In this document: positions 17,626-20,000 of the stretch, in pieces
Layout: every line of letters starts with the position of its first letter
Position numbering within the stretch: the first letter of the stretch is position 1
From: an uncultured virus (IMG/VR IMGVR_UViG_3300028048_000070)
Taxonomy: Duplodnaviria; Heunggongvirae; Uroviricota; Caudoviricetes
Virus record (IMG/VR): IMGVR_UViG_3300028048_000070
Span: 115,786-135,785 of that record
DNA length: 20,000 nucleotides
Reading direction: 5' to 3' (one strand)
Position numbers and translations under genes: made by a program
The notes under the pieces: generated by a model
Told to the model about the DNA's origin: nothing
The model's database searches: none
Seen by the model: the letters and a program-made list of their open reading frames with translations, nothing else

Positions 17626-18672
17626 ATGGACTCAATGAATTTTCCTAATCCACCTTTAAATAATATGTATATGGGTCAGGCTTATACTACAGATGGTAAA
17701 CCTGTACAAACAGAGACTACTCCTCCTACTACTCCTATAGAAAAGAGATCTACTCTTGGAGCAAACTTTTCAGGTTTAATTGGAACTAATGTAAGTACTC
17801 CTATTGCTCCAATTGGAAATAATGTAATTACAGAAAAGACTACTCTTAAGAAAAAGAAAAAAGCTAGTACAAAAGTAACAGTAGTAGATGCAGAAAAATC
17901 TACAGATGTAGAAGAAATTGATCCTACTAATTCTAAGCAAGTAGTTGAGCATACTATATATGCTGATTCTTATGTAACAACAAATCAGATGTCATATAAT
18001 ATTATTGCTCAAGCAGATGAATTATTAAAAGATTGTAAACAAGATTTAGATTTTATCAGATCGCAAAGAAATCTTAAAGGAAAATATCATTATACTAATG
18101 CTACATTAGCAAGTATGAGTAGTTTATTAAGTACTAAACTTGCTGCTGTAAAAGAGATTAATAATACTATCAAATCTGTTAATGATATGGAATATAGAAG
18201 ATTTAAAGATATGAGAGCTATGGATCAAGGTGATGATAATAAAGCTATTATGGATGCTTATAATGCTTATATTAGTGCACCTATTGGAGCTCCTGCATAT
18301 ACACAGCCTAATACTATGGATATGACTGCCGGATTAAATGGTATTATTAGAACTGGATTAGAAGGATCTGCTGGAAGTGATGCAGGATTAGCTAATTATT
18401 TAGCTAACTTAACACCTGAAGAGAATTTAATGCTTAATGATAATAATCCTAATATAGAAGAAGTAATAGTATATGATGAAGCTACAGGTGCTAGACAATT
18501 TCAATGGGTAGATAGAAGAACAGATCAACCTATTCCTAATATGCCTGTGAGTTCTGAATTAACTGCAGCTGATTATAATATAGATGTAAATAAGAGACTT
18601 GCAAAAAATAATAACTTGAATAATACTAAGAGAGTTATTATTAAGAATAGCTCAAATATATCTAGATTCTAA
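17626..18672 (+). CDS. Hypothetical protein (348 aa): disordered N-terminus, helical/coiled-coil core
   Basis: AAGGAG RBS. Pro/Thr-rich N-terminus, KKKKK patch and an amphipathic helical middle section. Confidence 0.8.
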   Translation: MDSMNFPNPPLNNMYMGQAYTTDGKPVQTETTPPTTPIEKRSTLGANFSGLIGTNVSTPIAPIGNNVITEKTTLKKKKKASTKVTVVDAEKSTDVEEIDPTNSKQVVEHTIYADSYVTTNQMSYNIIAQADELLKDCKQDLDFIRSQRNLKGKYHYTNATLASMSSLLSTKLAAVKEINNTIKSVNDMEYRRFKDMRAMDQGDDNKAIMDAYNAYISAPIGAPAYTQPNTMDMTAGLNGIIRTGLEGSAGSDAGLANYLANLTPEENLMLNDNNPNIEEVIVYDEATGARQFQWVDRRTDQPIPNMPVSSELTAADYNIDVNKRLAKNNNLNNTKRVIIKNSSNISRF

Positions 18673-18679
18673 GAAAAAA

Positions 18680-18720
18680 ATAAATATGAGGTCAGGCATT
18701 AAGCCTAACCTCATATTTAT
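18680..18720 (-). terminator. Long hairpin terminator overlapping the 3' end of the 18692-19054 gene
   Basis: Minus strand ATAAATATGAGGTTAGGC-TTAAT-GCCTGACCTCATATTTAT (18 bp including one U-G) followed by a T-tract. It lies between convergent genes. Confidence 0.75.
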
Positions 18721-19054
18721 TGTAGTCTCTGTTATAGCCGGACCATTCCCAGCTAGCAGAAACTTTACCAAAGGGTGTATCGATACTCACCCAGTCTGTA
18801 GGAGTATCACTTGTTTCTCCAGTAATGCTAACAACATTAGCACACCAGAGATTCCCCTTGGCACTGTGAACAACTTCAAGATTACCATTCGCCTTAATGC
18901 AGCGAACAATCATGTCAAAGTCAATGCCACCATGACCAGGTGTTAAATACACCTGGATCATACGACCCTTATCGACACAAATCATTATAGCCTGTTTTTC
19001 CAGGCCTCTTGCGACTACATCATGAATAATTCTTTCATCTCTTTCATTAGTCAT
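18692..19054 (-). CDS. Hypothetical protein (120 aa, GC-richer accessory cassette)
   Basis: GAGGAG RBS, its own promoter module and its own terminator. Confidence 0.8.
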   Translation of the reverse strand: MTNERDERIIHDVVARGLEKQAIMICVDKGRMIQVYLTPGHGGIDFDMIVRCIKANGNLEVVHSAKGNLWCANVVSITGETSDTPTDWVSIDTPFGKVSASWEWSGYNRDYNKYEVRLNA

Positions 19055-19097
19055 TTTTATTTCTCCTCTCTAATAGAAAAATTATTGTTCTTTTATA

Positions 19098-19168
19098 CAA
19101 TATTATATCATCTAATTAAAAATATTAATTTTTAAAAAATAAAAAGGAAGGTAATTATACCTTCCTTT
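19098..19168 (-). promoter_or_regulatory. Terminator hairpin + early-type promoter module, copy 5
   Basis: Minus strand AAAGGAAGGTA-TAAT-TACCTTCCTTT, TTATTTTT, then TTTTTAATTAGATGATATAATATTG. Confidence 0.7.
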
Positions 19169-19427
19169 AATTTTTTTCTTCATCTAGAATATGATTAACT
19201 TCTGTAACTTTAATTCCTAAGAATTTTAATAAATCTATTACATCTTTATCATCCCAAGCTAATCCCTCATATTTATCAATATATATTGCACGATTATATA
19301 CTTCAGATGATAAACTCTTTTTATCTGATCCTCTTATAATATCTATCCAATTGTCATAATCATTATACTTATATTTAGAATGTATTATTATTACTTCTTT
19401 TTCTGGACTTTTTTCATTACTGCTCAA
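19167..19427 (-). CDS. Hypothetical protein (86 aa)
   Basis: Start overlaps the end of the upstream ATPase gene, with an AAGGGGG RBS. The stop is followed directly by a hairpin. Confidence 0.7.
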   Translation of the reverse strand: MSSNEKSPEKEVIIIHSKYKYNDYDNWIDIIRGSDKKSLSSEVYNRAIYIDKYEGLAWDDKDVIDLLKFLGIKVTEVNHILDEEKN

Positions 19428-19998
19428 ATTTTACCCCCTTAGATGAACATATTATTCTAGTAGTACTCTGGGTATCAAATTCTGCATTATGAGAACAGAT
19501 TATACATTGCTCAGAATTCATAATATCTAGTACACTATTCAATACTTGTATAAAAGTAATTCTATTACTTTGATCAAGACCAGAATCTAATTCATCATAT
19601 CTAGGAATATTATATTTTAAACTAGATTTCATCATAGCTACAGATGAAAATACTAATCCTATCATACATTTCTGAGCAGTAGATCCATTTGATATATCAG
19701 GTACCATCATTCCACCTGGACCTAAGAAAGGTATAGAGAATTGTTTTTCATTTATTATTGGTACTGCTAACTGAATAGCACCACCAAACATATAGCTAAG
19801 CATTCTATTACAATCAATAATAATATCACTCATATATCTCTTAATATATTCTGACTGTATACCCATTCCATTACCTGGAGAACAAGCATTTCTAATAAAT
19901 ACCATCTTATCATACATATCAGAAGAAGCTTTATACTCCTGCTGATAACTTACAATATTTGTAAGATTATAAATAATATTATTTATAGTATTTCTTAA
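19417..19998 (-). CDS. SbcC/Rad50/gp46-like SMC-family ATPase, C-terminal part (5'-truncated)
   Basis: The frame is open to the window edge. Signature-like GSTAQ, Walker B/D-loop YDELDSGLD and H-loop ICSHN. Confidence 0.85.
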   Translation of the reverse strand, partial: LRNTINNIIYNLTNIVSYQQEYKASSDMYDKMVFIRNACSPGNGMGIQSEYIKRYMSDIIIDCNRMLSYMFGGAIQLAVPIINEKQFSIPFLGPGGMMVPDISNGSTAQKCMIGLVFSSVAMMKSSLKYNIPRYDELDSGLDQSNRITFIQVLNSVLDIMNSEQCIICSHNAEFDTQSTTRIICSSKGVKFEQ

Positions 19999-20000
19999 TG

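Noticed and set aside
18686..18946. Plus-strand 86-aa ORF
   Set aside because: It is antisense to the 120-aa gene that has an RBS, promoter module and strand-specific terminator, and it starts inside the hairpin.
1..20000. Alternative genetic code (stop-codon reassignment)
   Set aside because: Long genes are intact and densely packed under the standard code, and TAG and TGA each end genes at sensible positions (12136, 12837, 18692).

Overview
AT-rich segment of a large contractile-tailed (jumbo) phage genome. It most resembles the AR9/PBS1/phiKZ-type phages that encode their own multisubunit RNA polymerases, and strong AGGAG(G) ribosome-binding sites suggest a Bacillota host (inference). Left to right it holds a 5'-truncated tail-fibre-like protein built from shuffled repeat modules, a small fibre-associated paralogue, a probable RNAP beta' C-terminal fragment, tail sheath, tail tube and a T4 gp20-like portal. 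Further right are a family B DNA polymerase N-terminal half and the 3' end of an SbcC/Rad50-like ATPase. The polymerase is interrupted inside catalytic motif A by a 364-nt ORF-less group I intron (15578-15941) that the ORF track misses. Even after splicing it lacks motifs B and C, so it is one subunit of a split polymerase. Between the core genes sit small minus-strand accessory genes, including an ADP-ribosyltransferase-like one. Each accessory unit starts with the same hairpin terminator plus AT-rich promoter module (5 full copies and 1 promoter-only copy), suggesting a cassette-shuffling system. A second motif, RACW-N6-TA, precedes structural/core genes and resembles the AR9 late promoter. 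All family assignments come from motif recognition by eye, not database searches.
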